A stretch of DNA of 64,000 nucleotides from Eubacterium sp. (GTDB lineage: Bacteria > Bacillota > Clostridia > Oscillospirales > Ruminococcaceae), in assembly GCA_031271685.1 (NCBI GenBank), contig JAISVH010000119.1, positions 362 to 64,361 on the forward strand. Direction: 5' to 3'. Positions within the stretch are counted from its first letter, which is position 1. Each line of letters starts with the position of its first letter. Shown in pieces: positions 55,568 through 64,000 of the stretch. The position numbers were made by a program, and so were the translations under genes. A model generated the notes under the pieces. The model ran no database searches. It saw only the letters and a list, made by a program, of their open reading frames with translations, and was not told the DNA's origin.

Positions 55568-58500
55568 TTGTTTAATGCGTTTGAGTCAATGAAAATAGGG
55601 CTGGCATCGCCCGGGCAGATCCGCGAATGGAGCTTTGGTTCGGTGGAACGCCCCGAGACTATCAATTACAGGACCCAAAAGCCTGAAAAAGACGGGTTGT
55701 TTTGTGAGCGTATATTTGGGCCGCAAAAGGACTGGGAATGCAATTGCGGGAAGTATAAGCGCATTAGGTTCAAGGGGAAAATATGTGAGCGTTGCGGCGT
55801 TGAGGTCACCCGCAATAAAGTTCGGCGCGAAAGGATGGGACATATTGAACTTGCCGCGCCGGTTTCACATATCTGGTATTTTAAAGGGACTCCGTCGCGT
55901 ATAGGACAGGTGTTGGACATTTCGCCAAAGCGGCTGGAGGAAGTGCTTTATTTTACGAAGTATATCGTTATTGACGCGGGAGATACCGTGTTGACCAAGG
56001 GGCAACTTTTGTCTGAAAAAGAACATTCGGACATGCGCCAAAGCTATGAGGACGGCTTTTATGCAAAGATGGGTGCTGAAGCGGTTAAAGAATTGCTTGG
56101 AGAGTACAGTGCCGATCGATTTGATTATTACTTCACGGCAAACTCAGGAGATTTTGCCAAAATAACGGGCTTTAATAAAATGAAGCTTGAGGATTATCTT
56201 GCCGGTCGATATCGTATAATAAGCGCCATGCCGGACGACATAACGCCCGACAGGGGATATACGCAAAAGGAGTGTGAATTTAACGAAGGGCAGGTAATTC
56301 CTCGTAAAATATATGAGGAAGTTATAGCTTCGTTAAACCTTCGCCGCAAAAACGAGGGTAAAAAGCAGATCGAAACCAAAACCGGCTCAAAATACATCGA
56401 AGAGTTATTTGAAAACGCGGCGGCTGAAAATCCTGACAATGAGCTTATCGCAAAGCATGAGAAGAGCAAATGGATAAATAATATCGAATGGTTGGCGAAT
56501 GACTTAAAGGGACAGCTAGCAAATACGCAGCAAGGACAAAAGAGATTAAAGCTATTAAAACGTCTTGACGTTATCGAGGCGTTCAGGCTTTCTAGAAATT
56601 CTCCGGAATGGATGATTTTAGATGTCGTACCGGTAATTCCGCCGGATATACGGCCTATGGTTTTATTGGACGGAGGCCGGTTTGCGACCTCTGACCTTAA
56701 CGACCTTTACCGGCGCGTTATAAACCGTAATAACCGTCTTAACAAGATGATCGAGCTTCGCGCGCCAGAGATAATTATAAGAAATGAAAAACGCATGCTT
56801 CAAGAAGCGGTAGACGCATTGATTGATAATGGCAGGCATGGCAGGGCTGTTACCGGGCCGTCAAATCGCCCGCTTAAATCTCTTTCGGATATGCTCAAAG
56901 GCAAGCAGGGGCGTTTTCGCCAAAATTTGTTGGGAAAGCGCGTTGACTATTCGGGGCGTTCGGTTATTGTGGTTGGTCCCGATCTTAAAATCGATCAGTG
57001 CGGGCTTCCCAAGGAGATGGCTATTGAGCTGTTTAAGCCGTTTGTTATGAAAGAGTTAGTGGAACGGGGGCTTTCGAATAATATTAAAAGCGCGCGGAAG
57101 ATGGTTGAGCGCGCGCGCGAAGAAGTGTGGGACGTTCTGGAGGACGTTATCAAGGATCACCCTGTGCTGTTAAATCGTGCCCCAACTCTCCACAGGCTAG
57201 GCATTCAGGCGTTTATGCCGGTATTGGTCGAAGGACGGGCGTTAAAGTTGCATCCACTTGTTTGCACCGCTTATAACGCGGATTTCGACGGCGACCAAAT
57301 GGCCGTTCACCTTCCGCTGTCGTCGGAGGCACAGGATGAGGCAAAAACGCTTATGCTTGCGGCCAACAACTTGTTAAAACCGTCAGACGGCCGGCCGGTC
57401 ACCGTGCCGACGCAGGATATGGTTTTGGGTTCTTATTATCTTACTCTGACCAAAGACGGGGAAAAGGGCGAGGGAAAAGTATTTCGCGATCAAAATGAAG
57501 CTATAATGGCATATCATGAAGGGGACATAACCCTGCATTCGAAGATAAAAGTGCGTGTGGAAAAAGATAATGGCGAGAAGGTTATCAGGCGGATGGTGGA
57601 CACCACGGTGGGTAAGCTTATTTTTAACGAAAATATTCCGCAGGATTTGGGTTTTGTTGACCGCACGTCGACTGAAACTATGCTTGATCCCGAGATAAAC
57701 GATAAGGTCGGAAAAGATAAGTTGGGAAAAATTATTGACCGTTGCATTAAAATTCACGGCACGGCGTTTACGGCGCAAATATTGGATAAAATCAAATCGC
57801 TTGGATTTAAGTATTCGACAAAGTCTGCTATCACCGTTGCGGTAGTGGACGCGGTTATCCCGCCTGAAAAGAAACAGATCCTTAATGACGCGGAAAAGCA
57901 AGTTGATGAGATAAACGAAAACTTCGCCAATGGTTTTCTTTCTAATAAGGAGAGAAAAGAAGCGGTTGAGGAAGTTTGGAAGAAAGCGACTGACGATGTT
58001 TCGGCAAAGCTGACAGAAAATCTTGACGAATATAATCCCATATTTATGATGGCGGATTCGGGAGCGCGAGGAAGCAAGAACCAGATCCGTCAATTAGCCG
58101 GAATGCGCGGACTGATTGCAAACACGTCAGGGGAAACGATTGAGATACCTATTCGCGCTAATTATCGTGAAGGACTTAACATTCTTGAATATTTTATATC
58201 TTCACGCGGCGCACGTAAGGGTTTGGCGGACACAGCTCTTCGCACAGCCAACTCGGGTTATCTTACCCGGCGTTTGGTGGATGTGTCGCAGGAGGTCATA
58301 ATACGCATAGATGATTGTCATTCTGAGTACGGTATTGAGGTTTATGAGATTCGCAACGGAAACGAGCTTATCGAGCCGTTGGAGGAAAGGCTTTTTGGAC
58401 GATATTTGGTTGAAGATTTTATCGATGCGGAGGGAAATGTTATTGTCTCTAAAGAAAGGCTGATCGGCGACAGTGATATAAAAAAGATAGTGAACTCAGG

Positions 58501-59413
58501 CGCTAAAAACGTGAAAATACGTTCGGTGCTAACCTGTAAGGCGAAGCATGGGGTTTGCGCAAAATGCTATGGTTCTTCGCTCGCAAACGGCAATCCTATC
58601 ACGATCGGCGAAGCGGTTGGGATAATCGCCGCGCAGTCGATAGGAGAACCGGGCACTCAGCTAACTATGAGAACTTTCCATACCGGCGGAATCGCTTCTG
58701 CTGAGGATATAACACAGGGTTTGCCGCGCGTGGAAGAGCTTTTTGAGGCTAGGCGACCTAACAGCAGCGCAATAATAACCAAAATCAGCGGCACTGTTAA
58801 GATAGAAGAAATAAAGAAAACCAGGCATGTGGTGGTGGTTGGGGAGGATGGCCTTCAAGAGGCATATTCCGTTCCGTTCGGCTATCGTCTCAGGGTGGCG
58901 GAGAACAGCGAGGTAACCGAAGGAGACGCCCTGACTGAAGGGAGTATAAACCCGCATGACGTGCTTCAGGTAAAAGGGGAGCAAGCTGTTCAGAATTATA
59001 TAATTTCCGAAGTGCAGAAGGTGTATCGACTGCAGGGAGTTGACATCAATGATAAGCATATTGAGGTAATAGTGCGCCAAATGATGAGAAAGGTTAGAGT
59101 TGAGGATTCTGGGGACAGCTATCTGTTACCCGGGTCGGCCGTAGATAAAAATGAAATCCAGCGAATTACGGATGAACTGAAGGAACTTGAAGCGAATGGC
59201 ACAGAGGTTGCGTATCCGCAAACTACTCCATTGCTACTGGGAATTACTAAAGCTTCGCTTTCTACCGACAGCTTTTTGTCGGCGGCTTCGTTTCAGGAGA
59301 CGACCCGCGTGCTGACTGATGCCGCGATCCATGGCAAGATCGACCCGTTATTGGGATTAAAAGAAAACGTTATCATTGGAAAGCTTATACCTGCGGGAAC
59401 CGGGATGGATTAA
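55568..59413 (+). CDS. rpoC: DNA-directed RNA polymerase subunit beta' with a lineage-specific insertion of about 130 aa
   Basis: Zn-finger [23 protein letters not shown] and catalytic [15 protein letters not shown] start after GGGGG. Confidence 0.97.
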   Translation: MFNAFESMKIGLASPGQIREWSFGSVERPETINYRTQKPEKDGLFCERIFGPQKDWECNCGKYKRIRFKGKICERCGVEVTRNKVRRERMGHIELAAPVSHIWYFKGTPSRIGQVLDISPKRLEEVLYFTKYIVIDAGDTVLTKGQLLSEKEHSDMRQSYEDGFYAKMGAEAVKELLGEYSADRFDYYFTANSGDFAKITGFNKMKLEDYLAGRYRIISAMPDDITPDRGYTQKECEFNEGQVIPRKIYEEVIASLNLRRKNEGKKQIETKTGSKYIEELFENAAAENPDNELIAKHEKSKWINNIEWLANDLKGQLANTQQGQKRLKLLKRLDVIEAFRLSRNSPEWMILDVVPVIPPDIRPMVLLDGGRFATSDLNDLYRRVINRNNRLNKMIELRAPEIIIRNEKRMLQEAVDALIDNGRHGRAVTGPSNRPLKSLSDMLKGKQGRFRQNLLGKRVDYSGRSVIVVGPDLKIDQCGLPKEMAIELFKPFVMKELVERGLSNNIKSARKMVERAREEVWDVLEDVIKDHPVLLNRAPTLHRLGIQAFMPVLVEGRALKLHPLVCTAYNADFDGDQMAVHLPLSSEAQDEAKTLMLAANNLLKPSDGRPVTVPTQDMVLGSYYLTLTKDGEKGEGKVFRDQNEAIMAYHEGDITLHSKIKVRVEKDNGEKVIRRMVDTTVGKLIFNENIPQDLGFVDRTSTETMLDPEINDKVGKDKLGKIIDRCIKIHGTAFTAQILDKIKSLGFKYSTKSAITVAVVDAVIPPEKKQILNDAEKQVDEINENFANGFLSNKERKEAVEEVWKKATDDVSAKLTENLDEYNPIFMMADSGARGSKNQIRQLAGMRGLIANTSGETIEIPIRANYREGLNILEYFISSRGARKGLADTALRTANSGYLTRRLVDVSQEVIIRIDDCHSEYGIEVYEIRNGNELIEPLEERLFGRYLVEDFIDAEGNVIVSKERLIGDSDIKKIVNSGAKNVKIRSVLTCKAKHGVCAKCYGSSLANGNPITIGEAVGIIAAQSIGEPGTQLTMRTFHTGGIASAEDITQGLPRVEELFEARRPNSSAIITKISGTVKIEEIKKTRHVVVVGEDGLQEAYSVPFGYRLRVAENSEVTEGDALTEGSINPHDVLQVKGEQAVQNYIISEVQKVYRLQGVDINDKHIEVIVRQMMRKVRVEDSGDSYLLPGSAVDKNEIQRITDELKELEANGTEVAYPQTTPLLLGITKASLSTDSFLSAASFQETTRVLTDAAIHGKIDPLLGLKENVIIGKLIPAGTGMD

Positions 59414-59420
59414 CAAAAAT

Positions 59421-59550
59421 TATAGCATTTTGAAAAACGAAAACGTTTTATCAAAATGCTATAGTTATAACCTCGTTTAATTTTAAATTTATTAAATTAA
59501 AGTTAAACGATTATAAAACACTGAAGGAGACTCCGCCGCAGATGTTTGAA
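59421..59550 (+). repeat. Repeat locus R20: D hairpin, E hairpin, BA right end, just after the rpoC stop
   Basis: TATAGCATTTTGAAAAACG-AAAA-CGTTTTATCAAAATGCTATA; CGTTTAATTTTAAATTTATTAAATTAAAGTTAAACG; ...CTGAAGGAGACTCCGCCGCAGATGTTTGAA. Confidence 0.85.
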
Positions 59551-59574
59551 CCGGAGTTGCGTTGTCAATAGCTC

Positions 59575-61143
59575 TTATTCAAACGGCCTATAGAACTCAA
59601 GCTGAATTTTTAAGCCGTCCTGATCCCAGAAAAATCCGTCTTCCTCCGATATGGCATTTCCGTTTAACGTCGCGGTATATTCGTATTTCCTAACATAAAC
59701 TTCGTTTAGCTCATCAGATGAAAACTCAGCGGATCCGTTAGGATCAACGCCTCCCGAGTAGTCGGGGAAAGCGGATAAATATTCTTTATAGCTGTCAAAC
59801 GTTTGTTGTAGAAAAGATTCAAGCCTATATTTATCCTCGTCAATGTAATACTTGAATTCAAAATAATATTTATCTTTGAATTTAAAATTAAAAAAATCTT
59901 CAGGGTCAAACGAGGCGTCCCAATGGGGGGCAAAGTCTATATAACCTTCTTCCTCAGAAAGGCTGGCTGTCATTTGTGTGACATTCGCTGTGGAATTGAA
60001 GACCAAATCTAAAAATTCCCGCGCTTTTTCGTTATCGTTGTATTTTGAGCCGCGCAGGACATAGTCGGCATAATTTGTGAAGGTTAAAAGGTCGCCGTTT
60101 TGGTCTATATCATAAAACTCGCCCTTTGCTTTATTATAAAAATTAATGCTCATTTCTCCGCTGTCGTAATAATCAAAGGGCTTTTCTATATTTTTATTTC
60201 GGTCATAGTTTGTGTTTAAATTAACATATCCGGAATCACTTATAAGTTTTTGTCCATCGTCACTCATCAGATACGCATAAAGATTATCAGCGAATTCAAC
60301 CGCGAAAGCATTGTTTTCGTCATAGTAAAGATAATTATATATAGTAATAGGATATGTTTCATAAAATATAGTTTCGTCATTTGGGGAAATGCCGTCTACG
60401 GATAACATTGTGACCTCTGAGTCGAGGTATTGCCTTTCGGTAAATGTGTACATATTATAGGCAACCGAATATTTTCCCTCGTCATAGCTCGCGATTTTTT
60501 CAATAACATCGCCCATGCCATGTATATACTCAACGTCTTTATCAATTAGGTCAGACCCTTCCATGAACTTGACCATTCTTATCTGCGAGCCGGAGTCGCT
60601 GTTTCTTTGATAGGCTTTGATCGGCGCGTCGTCTCCGCCAACCTCGGCCCAATTAGTTATTTTCCCGCTGTAAATATCTTTTATTTGCTTTGTAGTTAAA
60701 TTTTTGATTGGATTGTTTTTATTTATAAGAAAAACAAAGGCTTCGCGAGTTATTTCTTTTTTTATTAAGTTTACTCCGCTGTTTTCCGCACTTTCAAGCA
60801 ACTCGTCGCTATAATCAACTCCTATTAGAATATCATTTTCATTATCAATAAATTTTTTAAATGCCTCAACCGTCATATTATGCCACGCTTCTTCGCCGGA
60901 ACCAAATAAATTTTTTAAAGACTGGTGAAGGGGAAGCATTGATGTAGATCCGTCAAGGCGCGCTTTTTCAAAATTTTCTGATAAGTATTTTTTTACTTCG
61001 GTTATATCAACTTCCGTATGTGTTTCTTGCGTAACAGTTTGTTCGGTGGTTTGCTCTGTTTTTTTTTGTTCAGGCTCATGGCTGCAAGCGGAAACGCTAA
61101 TAGTTATGATAAACGCCGCCAGAATATAAATAACTTTTTTCAT
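59575..61143 (-). CDS. Lipoprotein: PstS-like periplasmic-binding domain fused to an uncharacterised C-terminal domain of about 220 aa
   Basis: Lipobox ISVSAC. DGSTSMLPL and YQRNSDSGSQ resemble the phosphate-binding PBP fold. No pstCAB genes are adjacent. Confidence 0.65.
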   Translation of the reverse strand: MKKVIYILAAFIITISVSACSHEPEQKKTEQTTEQTVTQETHTEVDITEVKKYLSENFEKARLDGSTSMLPLHQSLKNLFGSGEEAWHNMTVEAFKKFIDNENDILIGVDYSDELLESAENSGVNLIKKEITREAFVFLINKNNPIKNLTTKQIKDIYSGKITNWAEVGGDDAPIKAYQRNSDSGSQIRMVKFMEGSDLIDKDVEYIHGMGDVIEKIASYDEGKYSVAYNMYTFTERQYLDSEVTMLSVDGISPNDETIFYETYPITIYNYLYYDENNAFAVEFADNLYAYLMSDDGQKLISDSGYVNLNTNYDRNKNIEKPFDYYDSGEMSINFYNKAKGEFYDIDQNGDLLTFTNYADYVLRGSKYNDNEKAREFLDLVFNSTANVTQMTASLSEEEGYIDFAPHWDASFDPEDFFNFKFKDKYYFEFKYYIDEDKYRLESFLQQTFDSYKEYLSAFPDYSGGVDPNGSAEFSSDELNEVYVRKYEYTATLNGNAISEEDGFFWDQDGLKIQLEFYRPFE

Positions 61144-61296
61144 TTATTTTTACCTTCCTGTTTTTTAGTTCAAACTTAAAAATATCAATGCTATTTTTAT
61201 ATATCAAATTGCGTTTTTAAGGGAATGAATCACACAAAAATGTTCGCCGTCCGACACCTAAACTAGGTGCCGGACGCATCGCACTTTGCGCGGGAT

Positions 61297-61472
61297 TCAA
61301 ACATCTGCGGCGCAGCCGCTTCCAGTGTTTTATAATTATTTAATTTTAAATTTAAACGACTATAACAAGCGTCAGCGGTGGATTGAAAATCACCCGCCGC
61401 CTAAGAGGCGGAGCACATAAAAGCGGTTATAGTATTTTGACTTATAGTCAATAAAAAGTCAAAATGCTATAA
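61297..61472 (-). repeat. Repeat locus R21: BA element (reverse) carrying a 30-bp TA-flanked insert, plus a D-like hairpin abutting a stop codon
   Basis: TTCAAACATCTGCGGCGCAGCCGCTTCCAGTGTTT-TA-[61333-61362]-TA-ACAAGCGTCAGCGG...GCGGTTATAGTATTTTGAC...GTCAAAATGCTATAA. Confidence 0.85.
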
Positions 61473-62030
61473 CTATCCGTTGTCAATAACATCAGGTTCG
61501 GTTATCTCAGAAACCGAAACATTTGAAAAGGTTAGTTCTAAATTATGATCAGGCAGAGAGGCGGATATTGGCAGTTTTGTTTTGGCATCCAACTCTAGTG
61601 TGTACGCCCCATAATCAGAAATCCCCGTAACTTTTATAATGTCGCCGGATCTTCTGGCTTCACTCCCCTCGCTGCTGATCGCGTTTTCAACAGTGTTTAT
61701 AACCTTGTCGGCAACGGTGGAAATTTCGGGCAAGCCGGTTATGTCAACGGTGATACCGTGAAATGTGGCCTTTGCCTTTCCATCTTTGAAAAAAAGGGAC
61801 ATACCTTGAAGTTCGTATGGCTCTGTTAATTCAACATTCCAACGACCGCCTGAAAACCGTTCGAAATTTCCGGCGGCCTTTAAATCTCCATAGACGAGCT
61901 CCGCAGAGAAAGAATAAGCTTTGTCAAGGTTTAAATTAGCCGAATTCATCACGATAGCGCCATCGCAGCCGCAAAAAACTAATATAGCCGCAAAACAAAG
62001 TATACTTTTTTTAATATTATTTGTCATCAA
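61473..62030 (-). CDS. Small lipoprotein, function unknown
   Basis: Signal peptide with lipobox VFCGC. 185 aa beta-rich sequence. Confidence 0.6.
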   Translation of the reverse strand: MMTNNIKKSILCFAAILVFCGCDGAIVMNSANLNLDKAYSFSAELVYGDLKAAGNFERFSGGRWNVELTEPYELQGMSLFFKDGKAKATFHGITVDITGLPEISTVADKVINTVENAISSEGSEARRSGDIIKVTGISDYGAYTLELDAKTKLPISASLPDHNLELTFSNVSVSEITEPDVIDNG

Positions 62031-62149
62031 ATATTATCTCCTTTATAATATGACAATGACAAATTTTAAATCTTTGAGATGAATTGCCGATCAACTTGAA
62101 AACCAGAGCAAAAAACCACGTAAAACCGATTGATATTTTTTCGTAGGTT

Positions 62150-62269
62150 TATAGTGAATTAACTTAAAAACAAAGCCGAAAAATTTTCGTAAAATCACTT
62201 ATATCCAAGCTTTTGCACCATTCCTTGGTTGTTTTCTAAAGTTAATTAACTATAACCGCGGCTTTTACG
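62150..62269. repeat. Repeat locus R22: full L hairpin (105 bp) plus BA left-end fragment
   Basis: TATAGTGAATTAACTTAAAAAC...GTTTTCTAAAGTTAATTAACTATA followed by TATAACCGCGGCTTTTACG. Confidence 0.8.
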
Positions 62270-62300
62270 TTATTTTTGGATGATTTTTTAAATTGGGTAG

Positions 62301-63821
62301 CTATTGCATAACAAACGGTAGATAATCGGCGATATCTCCGGGCAAAACACCGGCGAGAGCGGTGTTTTGCGAAATTTTTTCAGCCGCTAAGCCATGGAGA
62401 TACGTTCCTAGCAAGGCGGACTCGTACCCAGAGGTGCCTTGTGCGACAAGAGCCGCGATAATGCCGGTAAGAACATCTCCCGATCCGGCCTTGGCGAGAC
62501 CCGGGTTACCGGTTGGATTGACTCCTATCCGTCCATCGGGGGTAGCAATTACGGTATTCGGGCCTTTAAGAACGATAACGCTCAACCATTCCCGAGCGCA
62601 TTGACTCGCGTATTTTAAGCGATTTTGTTCAACCTCGTCAACCGAGACGCCGATCAGCCGCGCAAGTTCTCCCGGATGGGGAGTGAGAATTTTAAGCTTG
62701 TCATTGCCTTTTAAGATATTTATATTTCCCGCAATTGAATTTATACCGTCGGCGTCTAAAATAATAGGACATCTCGCGTTTTTAATGACGAATTCTGTAA
62801 GTTTTGCGGTTTCGGAGGTATTGCCTATACCCGGGCCTATGGACACTGCCGTCGCTTTTAAGAGTTCGCCGGCGATATTCTGTATATTTTCCGAGCTTAT
62901 ATATCCGTTATCGTCCGCAATAAGCGAACAAAAAACCGCCTCGGGGATGGCGGGTGCCGCGCTTCGGCAAACCTCGGTTGGCGAAGCGAGAGTTATATGT
63001 CCTACACCAGACCTAAGCGCGGCTTTAGCAGACAAAAGCGCCGCCCCTATATAACGCTCGCTACCGGCAATATTTAACAAGCGGCCATAATGCCCTTTGT
63101 GGGAATAAAGAGGGCGTTTTGGAATAAAACGCAGTATCTCGCTTTCGGTTATGGTGGCGGTAAACGAAGAATAGCAGTCTTCTGGAATTCCAATATCCAA
63201 AAGGATAAGGCTTCCGCAGCGAATGGCGGCCGGAAGGCTAAAATATCCGGTTTTGGCGGCTCCCGGCGCAAGTGTGAAATCCGCTCTGAATGAACCGTCG
63301 CTCACAGTCCCTTCGGTTGCATCGACACCGCTAGGGATGTCAACCGAGAACTTTAGCGCACGGCAGTTATGGTCGATATATTTAAACAGCGTGGAAAGTT
63401 TCGGGTCCAGTTCTCCGTGAAAGCCGGATCCGTATACGCAGTCGATGATCACATCGCAGTTTAACAGCGCCTTGCTGACAGCGTCCTCGCGGTGAGAATA
63501 AGAGGCGATATTCAAGTTTTCATGATATTTTGCGTATATTGTACGAGCGGTTTCTGATATCGGGAGATCACCGGTGAAAATGCATAGAGTTTCGGCCCCG
63601 TTTGCCATAAGCAAGTTTGAAATAACAATGCCGTCTCCGCCGTTATTTCCACGTCCGCAGAGCACAACAAATGTTTTGTCTTTGACGCCGCCAACAATTT
63701 CTCCGATTTTTTTATAACATTCAACTCCCGAGTTTTCCATAAGGGTGGATAACGCTATCCCTTTTGCCACCGCTTTCATTTCCGCCGTTTTCATCTGACC
63801 GGCTGTTACGATATACTTCAT
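62301..63821 (-). CDS. nnr: Bifunctional NAD(P)H-hydrate repair enzyme (epimerase/ADP-dependent dehydratase)
   Basis: YjeF-N motif GRGNNGGDG and C-terminal GSGDVLTG. Start moved to MKYIVTAG (63821) after AGAAAGG. The listed 63872 start translates a repeat module. Confidence 0.9.
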   Translation of the reverse strand: MKYIVTAGQMKTAEMKAVAKGIALSTLMENSGVECYKKIGEIVGGVKDKTFVVLCGRGNNGGDGIVISNLLMANGAETLCIFTGDLPISETARTIYAKYHENLNIASYSHREDAVSKALLNCDVIIDCVYGSGFHGELDPKLSTLFKYIDHNCRALKFSVDIPSGVDATEGTVSDGSFRADFTLAPGAAKTGYFSLPAAIRCGSLILLDIGIPEDCYSSFTATITESEILRFIPKRPLYSHKGHYGRLLNIAGSERYIGAALLSAKAALRSGVGHITLASPTEVCRSAAPAIPEAVFCSLIADDNGYISSENIQNIAGELLKATAVSIGPGIGNTSETAKLTEFVIKNARCPIILDADGINSIAGNINILKGNDKLKILTPHPGELARLIGVSVDEVEQNRLKYASQCAREWLSVIVLKGPNTVIATPDGRIGVNPTGNPGLAKAGSGDVLTGIIAALVAQGTSGYESALLGTYLHGLAAEKISQNTALAGVLPGDIADYLPFVMQ

Positions 63822-63836
63822 TTTATGACCTTTCTG

Positions 63837-63945
63837 TATAGCAAATTGCGTAAACATGTAAGTGAATTCCATGCTTACGATCGCCGCTGAAAGCGGCAGT
63901 GTTTATAGCGTTTTGAAAAACGCAAACGTTTTATCAACATTATCT
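63837..63945. repeat. Repeat locus R23: C module plus D hairpin, 16 nt upstream of the nnr start
   Basis: TATAGCAAATTGCGTAAACATGTAAGTGAATTCCATGCTTACG-ATCGCCGCTGAAAGCGGCAG-TGTTTATAGCGTTTTGAAAAACGCAAACGTTTTATC. Confidence 0.85.
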
Positions 63946-64000
63946 AGACTTCTTGCGAAACGCTCCGCGACGATCCATCGCATTTTAATTGAGCAATAAG

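Noticed and set aside
57383-58093. A 236-aa ORF on the minus strand inside rpoC, along with many other 60-180-aa antisense or alternate-frame ORFs within long genes (e.g. 13355..13681, 15203..15724, 27243..27854, 45460..46005, 48620..49072, 9614..9970).
   Set aside because: They lie entirely within well-supported genes on the other strand or in another frame. Their translations are low-complexity or compositionally biased, and they have no RBS or recognisable motif. They are typical shadow ORFs.
3458-61313. Thirteen copies of CCGCAGATGTTTGAA-type sequence, considered as a possible CRISPR array or orphan CRISPR repeats.
   Set aside because: The copies are dispersed one per spacer across 58 kb and occur in both orientations. 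They are not regularly spaced around unique spacers, and no cas genes are present. They are treated as a dispersed repeat family instead.

Overview
The window looks like a 64-kb stretch of core chromosome from a low-to-moderate-GC Firmicute. It resembles Clostridia in three ways: der-plsY-gpsA synteny, a DUF512 radical-SAM gene, and an AgrB gene. All calls come from reading the sequence and the ORF translations; no searches were run.

Genes: I call 42 protein genes and one tRNA.
- Replication, transcription and translation: parE/parC, rpoB/rpoC, rpmF, tRNA-Thr(GGU).
- Metabolism and maintenance: fhs, tsaE/tsaB, rpiB, upp, leuCDB, pgi, der-plsY-gpsA, nnr, a P-type Ca2+ ATPase.
- A GntR(YtrA)-ABC operon.
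- A MacB/FtsX-type ABC system whose middle gene encodes a 906-aa protein with CARDB-like repeats.
- Two tandem O-antigen-ligase paralogs.
- An orphan AgrB gene in an AT-rich islet.
- A phosphorelay: a degenerate hybrid kinase, a BvgS-like hybrid kinase with two solute-binding domains, and a REC-GGDEF regulator.
- An MCP, a sugar transferase and several lipoproteins.

Main unexplained signal (non-coding): 22 of about 30 intergenic spacers longer than 60 bp carry members of a mosaic family of GC-rich hairpin modules. This gives 23 loci. Nearly all modules are bounded by TATA.
- Two nested insertions have paralogous empty sites that show a TA target-site duplication, which is MITE-like behaviour of the IS630/Tc1-mariner type.
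- Copies sit in the rpoB-rpoC spacer, inside operons, directly in front of ribosome-binding sites, and make up most of several 5' UTRs.

Other candidates worth a second look:
- An orphan gene for a protein with two TM helices and a beta-rich domain (Cap15/S-2TMbeta-like), in an AT-rich single-gene islet.
- The ABC-CARDB-FtsX operon.
- The pseudo-kinase plus BvgS-like kinase plus GGDEF relay.
- An insertion of about 130 aa in RpoC.
- A surface protein with an NPSTG-type sorting signal.

No CRISPR array, rRNA, intact IS element or prophage was seen.
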